Counted from the first letter of the stretch, positions 1-9,628 are shown. The stretch: DNA of 64,000 bases from an uncultured Planctomycetia bacterium (GCA_964352425.1 CAYGRZ010000002.1:18240-82239), one strand, 5' to 3'. Made by a program: numbers and translations. The notes: generated by a model not told the origin, from the letters alone.

Positions 1-158
1 CCGAAAAACATTAAAGATAAAACCCTGCGTTCATTAACCCAGGGGATAGAATTTTTGGAATACTACTCAATGCGTTGGGAGTCAATAAGCCGCATACTTT
101 AGTTCAGGTATTCATAAGAGGCGGTAAGAGCAGCTGGGTGCCCTAGATTTTGAGGTAT

Positions 159-249
159 ATTTACATAACTATTTGTAATACAATGAGTTATGTAAATTAG
201 CACTTAAGATTTCGGACGCGGTTCGAATTGGTACGTACCGTGTCCGCCA
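159..249 (+). mobile_element. Probable att junction (right end of a tRNA-integrated island): AT-rich inverted repeat plus displaced tRNA 3' fragment CCGTGTCCGCCA
   Basis: ATTTACATAACT (159-170) and AGTTATGTAAAT (186-197) form an inverted repeat. GGTTCGAAT lies at 220-228. A tRNA-Ser-like 3' end TCCGCCA (243-249) is followed by a terminator, with no complete cloverleaf. Confidence 0.5.
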
Positions 250-258
250 GTATATTTC

Positions 259-298
259 AAGGCATTTCCGTTTCACGACGGAAGTGCCTTTTTTCTTT
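259..298 (+). terminator. Intrinsic terminator
   Basis: AAGGCATTTCCGT/ACGGAAGTGCCTT stem followed by a T tract. Confidence 0.8.
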
Positions 299-601
299 GA
301 TTTAATCTATATTCTCCGTCGGTGGTTATCCGCAGTAGTCAAACAGCTATCAACAGTCCTCATCAGTCCTTGCCTGCTCATAACATCCGACTTTGGTTGT
401 AAAATAGTTGTCAAACCTTACGGGACGTTTTTAGAACTATACCCGGATCTGTCCCGTTTTCCGTCCCAGAACTGTCCCCGGGGGCAGTTCTGGGATAAGA
501 AATAAAACAGCTCTGAGATGGATTCTGAAAACATCCCTACATTGTACCCAGGGCAGATGGCCTGCCTTCCGAAACCCGTCCGACAGGCCGGGCAAAAGTC
601 C

Positions 602-630
602 TTGAAAAGAACAGGGCGGGGGCGTATAAT
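602..630 (+). promoter_or_regulatory. Sigma70-type promoter
   Basis: TTGAAA-N17-TATAAT upstream of the STAS gene. Confidence 0.65.
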
Positions 631-700
631 GAGAACGCTTAATTAGTATTATCTGGTTATAGATATGATCATAGGCCAAAGAATATCGAAGGAGGCCCGT

Positions 701-1087
701 ATGCAAACACTCACGGTCGTTATCACAAAGATCGCTGAAGGCGTGTTCAGCGTATCGCCGAAAGGGTCGATCGACTCGGATACGTATGAGATACTGCAGA
801 AGAAGATGGAGCCCATGATGCGTCCCACGCCCAAGATGATCATATTCGACATGAAAGAGGTCGAATATATCAGCAGTATGGGCCTGAAGGCGATCCTCGA
901 CGCCAGGAACAAGGTTGAATCGAGCGGCGGGGCGCTTCTCCTGGTGAATCTCCAGCCGCAGATAACGAAAGTCTTCGACATCATAAAGGCCATCCCCAGT
1001 AAGAACATCTTCAAGAGCCGCGAAGAGCTCGACCGGTACCTGACCGAGATACAGCGGCAGGAGATAGAGAAGAGAAAGTCCGCCTGA
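701..1087 (+). CDS. STAS-domain anti-sigma factor antagonist
   Basis: GSIDSDT...FDMKEVEYISSMGL (phospho-Ser motif)...LVNLQPQITKVFDI. The RBS AAGGAGG favours ATG 701 over 665. Confidence 0.9.
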   Translation: MQTLTVVITKIAEGVFSVSPKGSIDSDTYEILQKKMEPMMRPTPKMIIFDMKEVEYISSMGLKAILDARNKVESSGGALLLVNLQPQITKVFDIIKAIPSKNIFKSREELDRYLTEIQRQEIEKRKSA

Positions 1088-2037
1088 TGAAGCGTTTTTT
1101 CACGATCGCAGCGGTCGTCATAGCCATCCTCGCCGTACATTCGCTCTCGCCCGTCATCTGGCTCTACCTCAAACAATGCCCGCCTCAGCCGACCAATGAG
1201 CAGGCCGTGGCAAAGCTCAAGGCAAATACGGGCGACCATTTCGCGTTCATCGCGTTCGGCGACAACCATGCCGGCTTTATTTTCGACGACAGCGCGGCCG
1301 TCAAGATGATACGGCTCATGAACAGGGAAGATCGGTTCAAGAAGCTGCCGATAGATTTTGTGGCGAACCTCGGGGATGTCACGTTCTCGAAAGGCCGCGA
1401 GTGGGACTACCGCGTCTACGACAAATTGCGCTCGATGATACGATGGCCGGTCGTGAGCGCCATGGGTAACCACGACTACCAGAAAGGCGGCTGGCGTATG
1501 TTTAAGAGCCGTCTCGGGAGCTGTCAATTCGCCTTCGCGAACCGCAACTCGTATTTCATCGTCCTGGACCTCAAGATAACCGACCCGACCGAGGAACAGT
1601 TCGCGTGGGTGGAGGGCGAGCTGAAAAGATCGGCCGGCTATACGCACAGGTTCATCTTTATGCACAAGCCTCCGATATCGCTGTACCAGCGGTCGTGGTT
1701 CAGGCCGGAGCTCAGCCCGTGGTCGTATCGCCTCATGAAACTCTGCGAAAAATACAGCGTCGACATGGTGATGGCCGGCCACGAGCACATGTTCAAGGAG
1801 CGTCTCTTCGGCGGCGTGCGCTACATCATCTCGGGCGGCGGCGGCATGCTGCCGCAGATACCGGAGTCCGATGGCGGCTTCCTGCATTATGTGATGGTCA
1901 GGGTGTACGGCGATTACGTCGATTACGAGGTGCGCAGGGTCTTCCCGCCGCTCTGGGAATTCCTGACGTATTATATGTGGAAAGAGGCATTTTACGGCCT
2001 CAAGCACGTCTTCTTTAAAGACGGCATCTTACTGTGA
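1087..2037 (+). CDS. Calcineurin-like metallophosphoesterase with N-terminal membrane anchor
   Basis: GDNH, LGDV, GNHD, HKPP and GHEH metal-binding motifs. Confidence 0.9.
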   Translation: MKRFFTIAAVVIAILAVHSLSPVIWLYLKQCPPQPTNEQAVAKLKANTGDHFAFIAFGDNHAGFIFDDSAAVKMIRLMNREDRFKKLPIDFVANLGDVTFSKGREWDYRVYDKLRSMIRWPVVSAMGNHDYQKGGWRMFKSRLGSCQFAFANRNSYFIVLDLKITDPTEEQFAWVEGELKRSAGYTHRFIFMHKPPISLYQRSWFRPELSPWSYRLMKLCEKYSVDMVMAGHEHMFKERLFGGVRYIISGGGGMLPQIPESDGGFLHYVMVRVYGDYVDYEVRRVFPPLWEFLTYYMWKEAFYGLKHVFFKDGILL

Positions 2038-2046
2038 CAGGGGACG

Positions 2047-3141
2047 ATGAAAATACTCAGGGATTACATATTAAAAGAGTTCTTCCATTCGTTCTCGCTC
2101 TCGATAATCGTCTTCACGTTCGTCCTCTTAGTCGGTAACATCATACGGCTTGCCGACCTCGTCATCAATAAGGGCGTCGATATAGTCTCCGTCTTCAAAC
2201 TCTTTTTCTATCTCGTGCCGTGGCTGCTGAGTTTCACGCTGCCGATCGCGGGGCTTACCGCGGTCATCCTGACCTTCGGCAGGTTCTCGAGCGACGGGGA
2301 GCTCGTCGCGATGAAGGCGAGCGGGATCTCGCTCTACCGGGTCGCGTCGCCGATCCTGATGATCGGTGTGATCCTGAGTTTCGTCGCGTTCCTGCTGAAC
2401 GACCAGATATCGTCGAACGCTTCATTCGCCTCGCGCCAGGTGATCAAGGAGATAGGGATAAAGAGCCCGGCGGCGTATCTCGAGGAAGGCACCTTCATAC
2501 GGGGGTTTGAGAACTATGTCATCTTCATCTACGAGATACGAGGCAACAAGCTGAAGAACATAAGGATATACCAGCCGCAGGAGGGTAAGGCGACCCGCAC
2601 GATCGTGGCGGAGCAGGGCGAGATAAATTCCATTCCCTCAAAAAACATCATAGAGCTGAAGCTCTTCAACGGGACGAGCGAGGAGCCGTCCCCGACCGAC
2701 CCGGAGAGTTTCTACAAGTTGAATTTCAAGACGTACTTCATGTCGCTCGACCTGACGAAGGTCTTCAAGAAGGAGAAGATCCAGAAGAAGACCAGAGAGA
2801 TGACCGTAAGCGAGCTGCATGAGCAGATAGCCGACTATGCCGCGCAGAAGATAGACACGACGCCGCTGTATGTGGAGATCTACAAGAAGATAAACATGTC
2901 GGCCTCCGGGATCGTCCTCGTCCTGCTCGGGATACCGCTGGGCATACGGGCGCACAGGAGCGAGAAGTCGATAGGGTTCGGGATAAGCTTGCTCCTTTTT
3001 GCCGTCTACTGGGGGGCGTTTTTGGGAGGAGTGGCGCTCGCGCTGAAGGGCGCCGTGCCGCCCGCTATAGGTGTTTCCCTGCCGAATGTCGCGTTTTTCA
3101 TGTTGGGAACAGTGCTGTTCATACATACCGCAAGGAGGTAG
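2047..3141 (+). CDS. lptF: LPS export ABC permease, LptF/LptG family
   Basis: MKILRDYILKEF start, GRFSSDGELVAMKASGIS motif, 3+3 TM topology with a periplasmic domain. Confidence 0.85.
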   Translation: MKILRDYILKEFFHSFSLSIIVFTFVLLVGNIIRLADLVINKGVDIVSVFKLFFYLVPWLLSFTLPIAGLTAVILTFGRFSSDGELVAMKASGISLYRVASPILMIGVILSFVAFLLNDQISSNASFASRQVIKEIGIKSPAAYLEEGTFIRGFENYVIFIYEIRGNKLKNIRIYQPQEGKATRTIVAEQGEINSIPSKNIIELKLFNGTSEEPSPTDPESFYKLNFKTYFMSLDLTKVFKKEKIQKKTREMTVSELHEQIADYAAQKIDTTPLYVEIYKKINMSASGIVLVLLGIPLGIRAHRSEKSIGFGISLLLFAVYWGAFLGGVALALKGAVPPAIGVSLPNVAFFMLGTVLFIHTARR

Positions 3142-3146
3142 CAAAT

Positions 3147-3281
3147 ATGGGACAGAAAAGCCAGTACCAGATCGAGAATAAACAGAGGCAAAAGAGGAAA
3201 AAGGCGAGGCAGAAACTCACCAAGAAGGGCGAGAACCTGTCTGAATTTTATTACGGGAAGTTCTACATAAAGCAGGGCTAG
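3147..3281 (+). CDS. Small basic hypothetical protein, 44 aa (not in ORF track)
   Basis: AAGGAGGT RBS; MGQKSQYQIENKQRQKRKKARQKLTKKGENLSEFYYGKFYIKQG; fills the lptF-trxB gap. Confidence 0.7.
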   Translation: MGQKSQYQIENKQRQKRKKARQKLTKKGENLSEFYYGKFYIKQG

Positions 3282-3290
3282 GCGGGCGGC

Positions 3291-4232
3291 ATGTACGACA
3301 TAGCGATACTGGGCGGCGGGCCCGCGGGCCTGACCGCGGGGCTCTACGGGAGCCGCGCGAGGATGAAGACCGTGCTGATCGAGCGCGCGGCGTGCGGCGG
3401 CCAGATCCTCATCACCGATACGATAGAGAATTTCCCGGGTTTTCCGGAAGGGATCAAAGGGCCCGACCTTGCTGACTGGATGGCCAAACAGGCCGCTCAC
3501 TTCGGCCTGGAGGTCACGCTCGCCGAGGCCAAGTCGGTGGCTTTGGGTGAGGACGGGGGAGGGCCTTTTTCGGTCGAGCTTTCCGACGGCGCGAAGGTGC
3601 GGGCGCTCGCGCTCATACTGTCGACGGGAGCGAGATGGAACGAGCTGGGGATCCCCGGCGAAAAGGAGCTCGCGGGCAGGGGCGTGTCTTATTGCGCCAC
3701 CTGCGACGGCCCGCTCTTCAGGAATAAAGAGGTCGTGGTGGTCGGCGGCGGCGATACCGCGCTCGAGGACGCGCTCTTCCTGGCGAAGTTCGCCGGCAAG
3801 GTGACGGTGGTCCACCGCCGCGAACGCTTACGGGCGACGAAGATACTGCAGGAGCGCGCGCTCGCGAATAAGAAGGTGGAGTTCTGCCTGAATTCGGTCG
3901 CGGTGAGGATAACCGGCGGCGCGAAGTGTGAGGCACTCGAAGTGAAGGATGTCACTACCGGCAGCACGAAAGCCATGAGGGCGGATGGCGTGTTTGTCCT
4001 GATAGGGATGGCGCCAAACTCAGGTTTAGTAAAGGGCATCGTGAAGCTTGATGAGAAGGGCTACGTGCTGTGCGATGACGATATGAAGACCTCGGTAGGC
4101 GGGATATTCGCCTGCGGGGATGTCCGTAAGAAGCTCCTGCGGCAGGTCGTGACCGCCGCAGGCGACGGAGCGACCGCGGCCTTCAGCGCCCAGCATTACG
4201 TCGAGCGCCTGAAAGGCGTCGAGTACAAATAG
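3291..4232 (+). CDS. trxB: Thioredoxin-disulfide reductase
   Basis: GGGPAG FAD motif, CATCDG redox centre, GGGDTA NADPH motif, HRR. Confidence 0.97.
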   Translation: MYDIAILGGGPAGLTAGLYGSRARMKTVLIERAACGGQILITDTIENFPGFPEGIKGPDLADWMAKQAAHFGLEVTLAEAKSVALGEDGGGPFSVELSDGAKVRALALILSTGARWNELGIPGEKELAGRGVSYCATCDGPLFRNKEVVVVGGGDTALEDALFLAKFAGKVTVVHRRERLRATKILQERALANKKVEFCLNSVAVRITGGAKCEALEVKDVTTGSTKAMRADGVFVLIGMAPNSGLVKGIVKLDEKGYVLCDDDMKTSVGGIFACGDVRKKLLRQVVTAAGDGATAAFSAQHYVERLKGVEYK

Positions 4233-4295
4233 TATTGACTACGCATAGGGTTCGTGTTAATTTAATCGTGCATATTTTTCCGATTGATGTGCCGA

Positions 4296-4318
4296 GATCC
4301 TTCGCTTCGCTCAGGATC
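4296..4318. repeat. REP-like hairpin GATCCTTCGCTTCGCTCAGGATC
   Basis: Same CCTTCG...CTCAGG geometry as the element at 45452-45509. Confidence 0.6.
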
Positions 4319-4339
4319 GGCCGATAAGAAGACCATGAT

Positions 4340-4414
4340 GCCGAGGTAGCTCACTGGTAGAGCGCTGCCCTGAAAAGGCAGGCGTTGCGTGTTCGATTCA
4401 CGCCCTCGGCACCA
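4340..4414 (+). tRNA. tRNA-Phe(GAA)
   Basis: GCCGAGG/CCTCGGC acceptor stem, GCTC/GAGC D stem, CTGCC-CTGAAAA-GGCAG anticodon arm, GCGTG-TTCGATT-CACGC T arm, encoded ACCA. Confidence 0.96.
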
Positions 4415-4420
4415 TTCTTC

Positions 4421-4630
4421 GGATTCACTGCGGCCACCTATCACACTGGTTGGTAGGCCTTGTGAATCCTCAGAATTCCAAGGGGGAAAACGGGGTTTTC
4501 CCCCTTTGGCGTTCGCTCACCAGTAATCATTCCAGGTTCGCTCACTGAACCCCCTTTCCTTAAAGGAGTCTCAATCAATCTCGGGCCTACTTTATACAAG
4601 AGAAGGAAAAATATTTTCCTTCTCTTGTAT
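4421..4630. repeat. Cluster of consecutive hairpins downstream of the tRNA
   Basis: GGATTCAC..GTGAATCC; CCAAGGGGGAAAAC..GTTTTCCCCCTTTGG; GGTTC..GAACC; TACAAGAGAAGGAAAA..TTTTCCTTCTCTTGTA. Confidence 0.6.
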
Positions 4631-4729
4631 ATCTTATCCTTTTAAAAAGGAAATAATAGCCTCAATTACATTGACCACATTATAGGCGAGTGGTATTATA
4701 ATTCTACAGTCGAAAAAGAGGAGGCGCTT

Positions 4730-5158
4730 ATGACGAAGAAGGTAATTTTGTTGATTTTAGTTTTATTCACCGCCGCTTTCGTCGCGCAGCTTGCCTTCGC
4801 GCAGCCGGCTAATCAGGACAGCACCAGCGAGCGCATTGCCGCGGAGAGGAGGGCCCAGGATCTGCTCGAGAGGGGTATCGCCCCGCACGATCGCATCAGG
4901 GCGACGACAACCGAGGAGCGCAAGTACGATAAGAGCGTGGACGGCTGGCTGCAGCCATCGGAGGCAAAAAAGATGTTGGAGGACAGGGCCTCGCCAAAAT
5001 TCGGTACGTATAAGACAAAAGCCGATAAGGAGCCGAAAGAAAAGTATGATCCCTACGGCACCGACGAGGCCGATGAGGGATCCGCGACAAAATACGACCG
5101 ATACGGAAACGAGGTAACCGGCGCTGACGAGCCGCCGGCGCCCGATGAGAGCTTATAG
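4730..5158 (+). CDS. Secreted hypothetical protein
   Basis: GAGGAGG RBS, TTGACC-N17-TATTAT promoter, Sec signal ending AFA, charged mature region. Confidence 0.8.
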   Translation: MTKKVILLILVLFTAAFVAQLAFAQPANQDSTSERIAAERRAQDLLERGIAPHDRIRATTTEERKYDKSVDGWLQPSEAKKMLEDRASPKFGTYKTKADKEPKEKYDPYGTDEADEGSATKYDRYGNEVTGADEPPAPDESL

Positions 5159-5717
5159 CAAGAAGAGAGCGATGCGAAACATAAGGAACGTCTTCAGGGG
5201 CAGGCTGCTTAAGGTGATGGTGAAGCAGCAGCGCCTGCCCAGCGGCTATCTCGCCATCTTCGAGATGATCGAGCACCCCGGCGCCAGCCTTGTGGTGCCA
5301 TTCCTGGGCAGGGACAGGATAATAATGCTGAGGCAACTCAGGCCGGTCATCGGGTCCCACATATATGAACTTCCTGCCGGCACGCTCGATAGGAATGAGA
5401 CGCCGCTGGCATGCGCCCGACGGGAGATCGTAGAAGAGACGGGGTACTCCGCCAGGCGTTTTACTCTTTTGGGAAAGATATATCCGGTCCCCGGCTACTC
5501 GACGGAGAGGATATACCTATATAAAGCCACAGGATTGAAGAAAGTAATACACGATTGTAGGGCACGCTTAAGTGTGCCCTACCAGCGCCATGGAGAAGAG
5601 GATGAGGTCATAGAATCTTTCGTTGTCACAAAGTCTGCAATAAGAAAGCTCTTCAGGAGCGGAAAGATCACCGACGCAAAGACCATAGCCGCCCTCGCCT
5701 TCTGCGGATGGCTCTGA
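5145..5717 (+). CDS. NUDIX hydrolase (ADP-ribose pyrophosphatase-like); start may be 5172
   Basis: ELPAGTLDRNETPLACARREIVEETGY Nudix box, PGYSTE, ITDAKT. Confidence 0.9.
   Translation: MRAYSKKRAMRNIRNVFRGRLLKVMVKQQRLPSGYLAIFEMIEHPGASLVVPFLGRDRIIMLRQLRPVIGSHIYELPAGTLDRNETPLACARREIVEETGYSARRFTLLGKIYPVPGYSTERIYLYKATGLKKVIHDCRARLSVPYQRHGEEDEVIESFVVTKSAIRKLFRSGKITDAKTIAALAFCGWL
5557..5582. repeat. GTAG-type REP palindrome inside the NUDIX CDS
   Basis: GTAGGGCACGCTTAAGTGTGCCCTAC, near-identical to the intergenic copy at 36658-36683. Confidence 0.8.
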
Positions 5718-5739
5718 CCAGATCGGAAAGATCAAGACC

Positions 5740-6930
5740 ATGGAAAATAAGACGATACGATTGAGGAGCGGCCGCCAGGGCAGGTATCAAAGCGGCCACC
5801 CGTGGATATACAGGAGCCAGCTCTTAAAGGCGGATCTTTCGATAAAGCCGGGCAGCGTCGTCACCGTGCAGGCATCGGACGGCGCGTTTATCGGCAAAGG
5901 CTATTTCAACCCGCGGTCGGAGATAGCCGCGCGGATCCTCACCTTTCAGGACGAGCCGGTAGATGCCGCGTTCTTTGACGCGAGAATACGCTCGGCATTC
6001 GGGAAGCGGGAGCATCTGGCAGCGAAGACGAACGCCTGCCGTGAGGTCTTCAGCGAGGCCGACGGCCTTCCCGGGCTCATCATCGACATGTATGCCGATA
6101 CCGCCGTTATGCAGATCATGACGCTCGGCATGGATATGTTCAGGGACGAGATCCTGCAAGCCATCCGGGCGATAGTGAAACCAAAATATATATACGAGAA
6201 GAGCGACTCGCCGTTCCGGAAACCGGAAGGCCTGAAGATGAGAGAGGAGTGGCATGGCCAGCCCGGGCCCTCGACGATAGAGATATCCGAAGGAAAAGCG
6301 CGGTTTATCGTCGATATCGGGCGCGGCCACAAGACGGGCTTCTATCTCGACCAGAGGCCTTCGCGGATGGCGATGCATACGGTCTCGAAGGGTAGGCTCG
6401 TGCTCGACCTCTTCTGTTACACGGGCGCGTTCGCGGTCCATGCCGCGCTCTCGGGCGCGCGCGATGTGCTCGCGGTCGATATCAAGGAAGACTGGCTCGA
6501 ACTCGGCCGTCGGAACGCCGATCTGAACGGCGTTGCCGGCAGGGTCACGTTCGCAAAAGGCGATTCGCTCGTCTTCCTCAGGCATATACAGCGCTCCGGC
6601 AGGACTTTTGATATGATAATAATCGACCCGCCGTCGTTCATAAAGGCGAAGGATTCACTTGCCGCGGCGTCGAAGGGGTACAAGGACCTGAACCGGACGG
6701 CGATGAGATGCCTGAATCAATCAGGCGTTCTGGCGACGTTCTCGTGCTCCCATTACATGCCGAACGACATATTCTCGCGCCTGCTGAAAGAGGCGGCCTC
6801 CGAGGCGGGTAAGTCGATCTCGATAGTGAAACGGTGCCATCAGGCGGAAGACCACCCTATCGTACAAGGCATCCCCGAGACCGAGTACCTGAAGGGGTAT
6901 TTTCTTAACGTAGAGAGCGTGGTAAAATAA
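5740..6930 (+). CDS. rlmI: Class I SAM-dependent rRNA methyltransferase, RlmI/K family
   Basis: GHPWIY PUA region, SEADGLPGLIID, GHKTGFYLDQR, LDLFCYTG, DPPSF, TFSCS. Confidence 0.85.
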   Translation: MENKTIRLRSGRQGRYQSGHPWIYRSQLLKADLSIKPGSVVTVQASDGAFIGKGYFNPRSEIAARILTFQDEPVDAAFFDARIRSAFGKREHLAAKTNACREVFSEADGLPGLIIDMYADTAVMQIMTLGMDMFRDEILQAIRAIVKPKYIYEKSDSPFRKPEGLKMREEWHGQPGPSTIEISEGKARFIVDIGRGHKTGFYLDQRPSRMAMHTVSKGRLVLDLFCYTGAFAVHAALSGARDVLAVDIKEDWLELGRRNADLNGVAGRVTFAKGDSLVFLRHIQRSGRTFDMIIIDPPSFIKAKDSLAAASKGYKDLNRTAMRCLNQSGVLATFSCSHYMPNDIFSRLLKEAASEAGKSISIVKRCHQAEDHPIVQGIPETEYLKGYFLNVESVVK

Positions 6931-6933
6931 ACT

Positions 6934-7782
6934 ATGTGCGCCAAAGTAAGCCAGGTAGTATCGCGGCTCGTTCCTGACGGGCCCGTAAAGGAAGCCTGTA
7001 CGAGTTTCTACTATAGCCTCTACTATAACCGCAGGCATTTCAGGGAGAACGGGTTCCGCGTCAACTACAAAAAAGGCCATTTCACGTACGGCTTCGACGA
7101 CGGCGTCTCGTTCTCCTCCTATGAAAACATGGCCGATGAGCTCAAGCGTTCGCTGAAAGGGTATCTCGCGAAGTATGCGCTGAGGAAGGGCGATACGGTG
7201 GTTGATTGCGGTGCGTATATCGGCGAGTTCGCGCTGTGCGCGGCGAGCGCCGTCGGGCCTTCGGGCGCGGTGATAGCGTTCGAGCCGGACCCGGCGATAT
7301 TCGGGAAGCTGAAGGCGAATGTGATGCTGAACGGGTTCGAAAATGTCGTGATGGTCAATAAGGGCGCGTGGAGCGCCGACGGCGTGCTGCAGTTCGTCGG
7401 GGATAACGTGCGGGGCTATTCCTTCATGTTCGCGGATAAGGGTCACGGCGCCATCGATATTCCCGTCGCAAGCCTCGACAACGAACTCGGGCGGCTCGGC
7501 GTGAAGAAGGTGAATTTTATCAAGATAGACGTCGAGGGCGCGGAGCTGGAGCTTATCAGGGGCGCGGAGAAGACCTTAAAGGGAAATGATGTGAAGGCGG
7601 CGATCGCCTCGTATCACGTCGTCGATGGTAAGAAGACCTGCGCCGAGGTGGAGAGGATGTTCAGGTCTCTCGGGTATAACGCTGCGACCGCGCATCCGCA
7701 GCACCTGACGACGTATGCATGGAAGGATTCGGCGAGATGTGGTAGACGTGATGTAACGGAAAATAATCGGGGGGTGTTATGA
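6934..7782 (+). CDS. FkbM-family methyltransferase
   Basis: [24 protein letters not shown]. Confidence 0.9.
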   Translation: MCAKVSQVVSRLVPDGPVKEACTSFYYSLYYNRRHFRENGFRVNYKKGHFTYGFDDGVSFSSYENMADELKRSLKGYLAKYALRKGDTVVDCGAYIGEFALCAASAVGPSGAVIAFEPDPAIFGKLKANVMLNGFENVVMVNKGAWSADGVLQFVGDNVRGYSFMFADKGHGAIDIPVASLDNELGRLGVKKVNFIKIDVEGAELELIRGAEKTLKGNDVKAAIASYHVVDGKKTCAEVERMFRSLGYNAATAHPQHLTTYAWKDSARCGRRDVTENNRGVL

Positions 7783-7934
7783 GAATATTCGGGATCGGTA
7801 TACAGGAGCTTCTGGTCGTCCTGCTTATCTGCCTTCTCGTCTTCGGCGCCGCGAAGCTGCCGGAGATAGGGCGCGCACTGGGCAAGACCATAAGCGAGTT
7901 CAAGAAGTCCCTTAAAGAAGAAGAAAAACCGTAA
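7779..7934 (+). CDS. tatA: Twin-arginine translocase subunit TatA, 51 aa (not in ORF track)
   Basis: [51 protein letters not shown]; directly upstream of tatC. Confidence 0.93.
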   Translation: MRIFGIGIQELLVVLLICLLVFGAAKLPEIGRALGKTISEFKKSLKEEEKP

Positions 7935-7943
7935 GCGTTTCCG

Positions 7944-8684
7944 ATGGATGAACGGCGACTGACCGTTATCGGGCATCTCGAAGAACTGAGAAAGATGGTC
8001 ATCGTATCGCTGGTCGCGCTGGCCCTCGCTGCGATAGCGTGCGCGCCGTTTGTCTCCGCCATCCTGAAGCTCTTGAAGCTCCCCGCCGCAGGCCTGATCG
8101 AAAAACTCGTCTACTTCAGCCCCGAGGAATCGTTCCTCATCTACATGAAGGTAAGCATCCTGGCGGGGCTCTGCCTGGCGTTTCCCGTTATCGCGTACCA
8201 GTTCTGGAAATTCATCGCCCCTGCCCTCGACGCGCCCTTCACGAAGTTCGCGGCCGCGTTCACCGCCGCCGCAACGCTGGCGTTTGCCGGCGGCTGCCTC
8301 TTCGCCTACCGCGTGCTGCTGCCCACGGCGCTGCGGTTCCTCCTCACGATCGGTAAGGGCGACCTCGAGCCTGTCATATCCGCCACGAAATATATCTCTT
8401 TTGTCGTCGGTTTCATGGCCGCCTGCGGCGCGGTCTTTGAGATGCCGGTCGTGTGCTACTTCCTGGCACGGGTCGGCCTGCTGGACGCGCGCGCGATGCG
8501 GTCAAAGTTCAAATATGCGTTCGTGGTCATCTGTATTGCCGCCGCGGTCATTACCCCGACGGGGGATGCGTTTAACATGGCGATGCTCGCCCTGCCGATG
8601 CTCGCGCTCTACGAGGTCAGCATATGGGTGGTCTTCGTCAGCCGGAAGAGGAAGGCCCGCGATGCTGCAGAAATTGTTCGGTAG
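7944..8684 (+). CDS. tatC: Twin-arginine translocase subunit TatC
   Basis: HLEELR, SPEESF, YQFWKFIAPAL, FEMP, ITPTGD, LYE. Confidence 0.95.
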   Translation: MDERRLTVIGHLEELRKMVIVSLVALALAAIACAPFVSAILKLLKLPAAGLIEKLVYFSPEESFLIYMKVSILAGLCLAFPVIAYQFWKFIAPALDAPFTKFAAAFTAAATLAFAGGCLFAYRVLLPTALRFLLTIGKGDLEPVISATKYISFVVGFMAACGAVFEMPVVCYFLARVGLLDARAMRSKFKYAFVVICIAAAVITPTGDAFNMAMLALPMLALYEVSIWVVFVSRKRKARDAAEIVR

Positions 8685-9624
8685 GACGCTATCGAGGCGC
8701 CAGTTCCTGAAATTGTTTTTTTCGATGCTCGCGCTGCTGCCGCTATCCGGGCTGGCCGGGCGGAAGGCGGACGCCATTGGTGCCGGATTTAACGGGAGGC
8801 CCAAGTCGGACATCCGCGGCGACTATGACCTCGTCATCGCGAAAGGCGAAGATCCGTACGCGCTCACCGTGAAGGCAGTGGAGTCGATGGGAGGCATGGA
8901 GCGGTTCGTCAAGAAAGGATCCGTCGTCCTGATCAAGCCGAACATCGGGTGGGACCGCACTCCCGAGCAGGCGGGGAACACCAACCCGCGCGTCGTCGCG
9001 GCCCTTGCCGACCTCTCGTTCAAGGCGGGCGCGAAACGCGTTAACGTATTCGACATAACCTGTAACGACGCCCGGCGCTGCCACGCCTCGAGCGGTATCG
9101 AAGCGGAGGCGAAAGCATCGGGTGCGAGCGTCTATTTTCCCGACGATTGGGATGTGGTCAAGGCCCGGTTCGGCCGCGCGAGCGCGATGGAGGACTGGCC
9201 GATCCTGCGCGATGCGATCGAGTGCGATACCTTTATCAATGTCCCGGTGCTGAAACATCACGGCCTGACGCGGCTGACGCTCTCCATGAAGAATCTGATG
9301 GGCGTCTGCGGCGGTGACAGGGGAGAGATCCATCGCGATATCGGGCCGAAACTTGTCGATCTGGCCGGTTTCATTAATCCGGATCTCACCGTCATCGATG
9401 CCTACCGCGTTCTGGTGAGGAACGGCCCTACCGGCGGCAGCCTCGCCGACGTCGAGACGCTGAAGACGATCATCGTCACCACCGACCCCACGCTTGCGGA
9501 TACCTATGCCGCAAAGCTCATGAACGTCGATCCTATGGCGGTACCGTATATAAAGGTGGCCGCCGAGCAGCATTTCGGCAGCACGGATATTGAAGCCGCG
9601 AAGACCATTACTGTAGAGGCCTAA
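8662..9624 (+). CDS. DUF362-family protein with Tat signal
   Basis: SRRQFLK signal; GGMERFV, VLIKPNIGWDR, INVPVLKHH, SMKNLMG. Confidence 0.88.
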   Translation: MLQKLFGRTLSRRQFLKLFFSMLALLPLSGLAGRKADAIGAGFNGRPKSDIRGDYDLVIAKGEDPYALTVKAVESMGGMERFVKKGSVVLIKPNIGWDRTPEQAGNTNPRVVAALADLSFKAGAKRVNVFDITCNDARRCHASSGIEAEAKASGASVYFPDDWDVVKARFGRASAMEDWPILRDAIECDTFINVPVLKHHGLTRLTLSMKNLMGVCGGDRGEIHRDIGPKLVDLAGFINPDLTVIDAYRVLVRNGPTGGSLADVETLKTIIVTTDPTLADTYAAKLMNVDPMAVPYIKVAAEQHFGSTDIEAAKTITVEA

Positions 9625-9628
9625 AGCC

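Noticed and set aside
205-249. Resemblance to a tmRNA 3' end (ATTTCGGACGCGGTTCGA) or an intact tRNA
   Set aside because: The T-arm does not close canonically, and no D or anticodon arm or tag frame is evident. An att junction fits better.
326-355. DnaA-box-like TTATCCGCA and CTATCAACA
   Set aside because: Only two mismatched boxes, with no dnaA context or clear unwinding element.
420-600. GGGAC/GTCCC-rich stems upstream of the STAS gene as a possible riboswitch
   Set aside because: They lie upstream of the predicted promoter and match no aptamer consensus I recognise.
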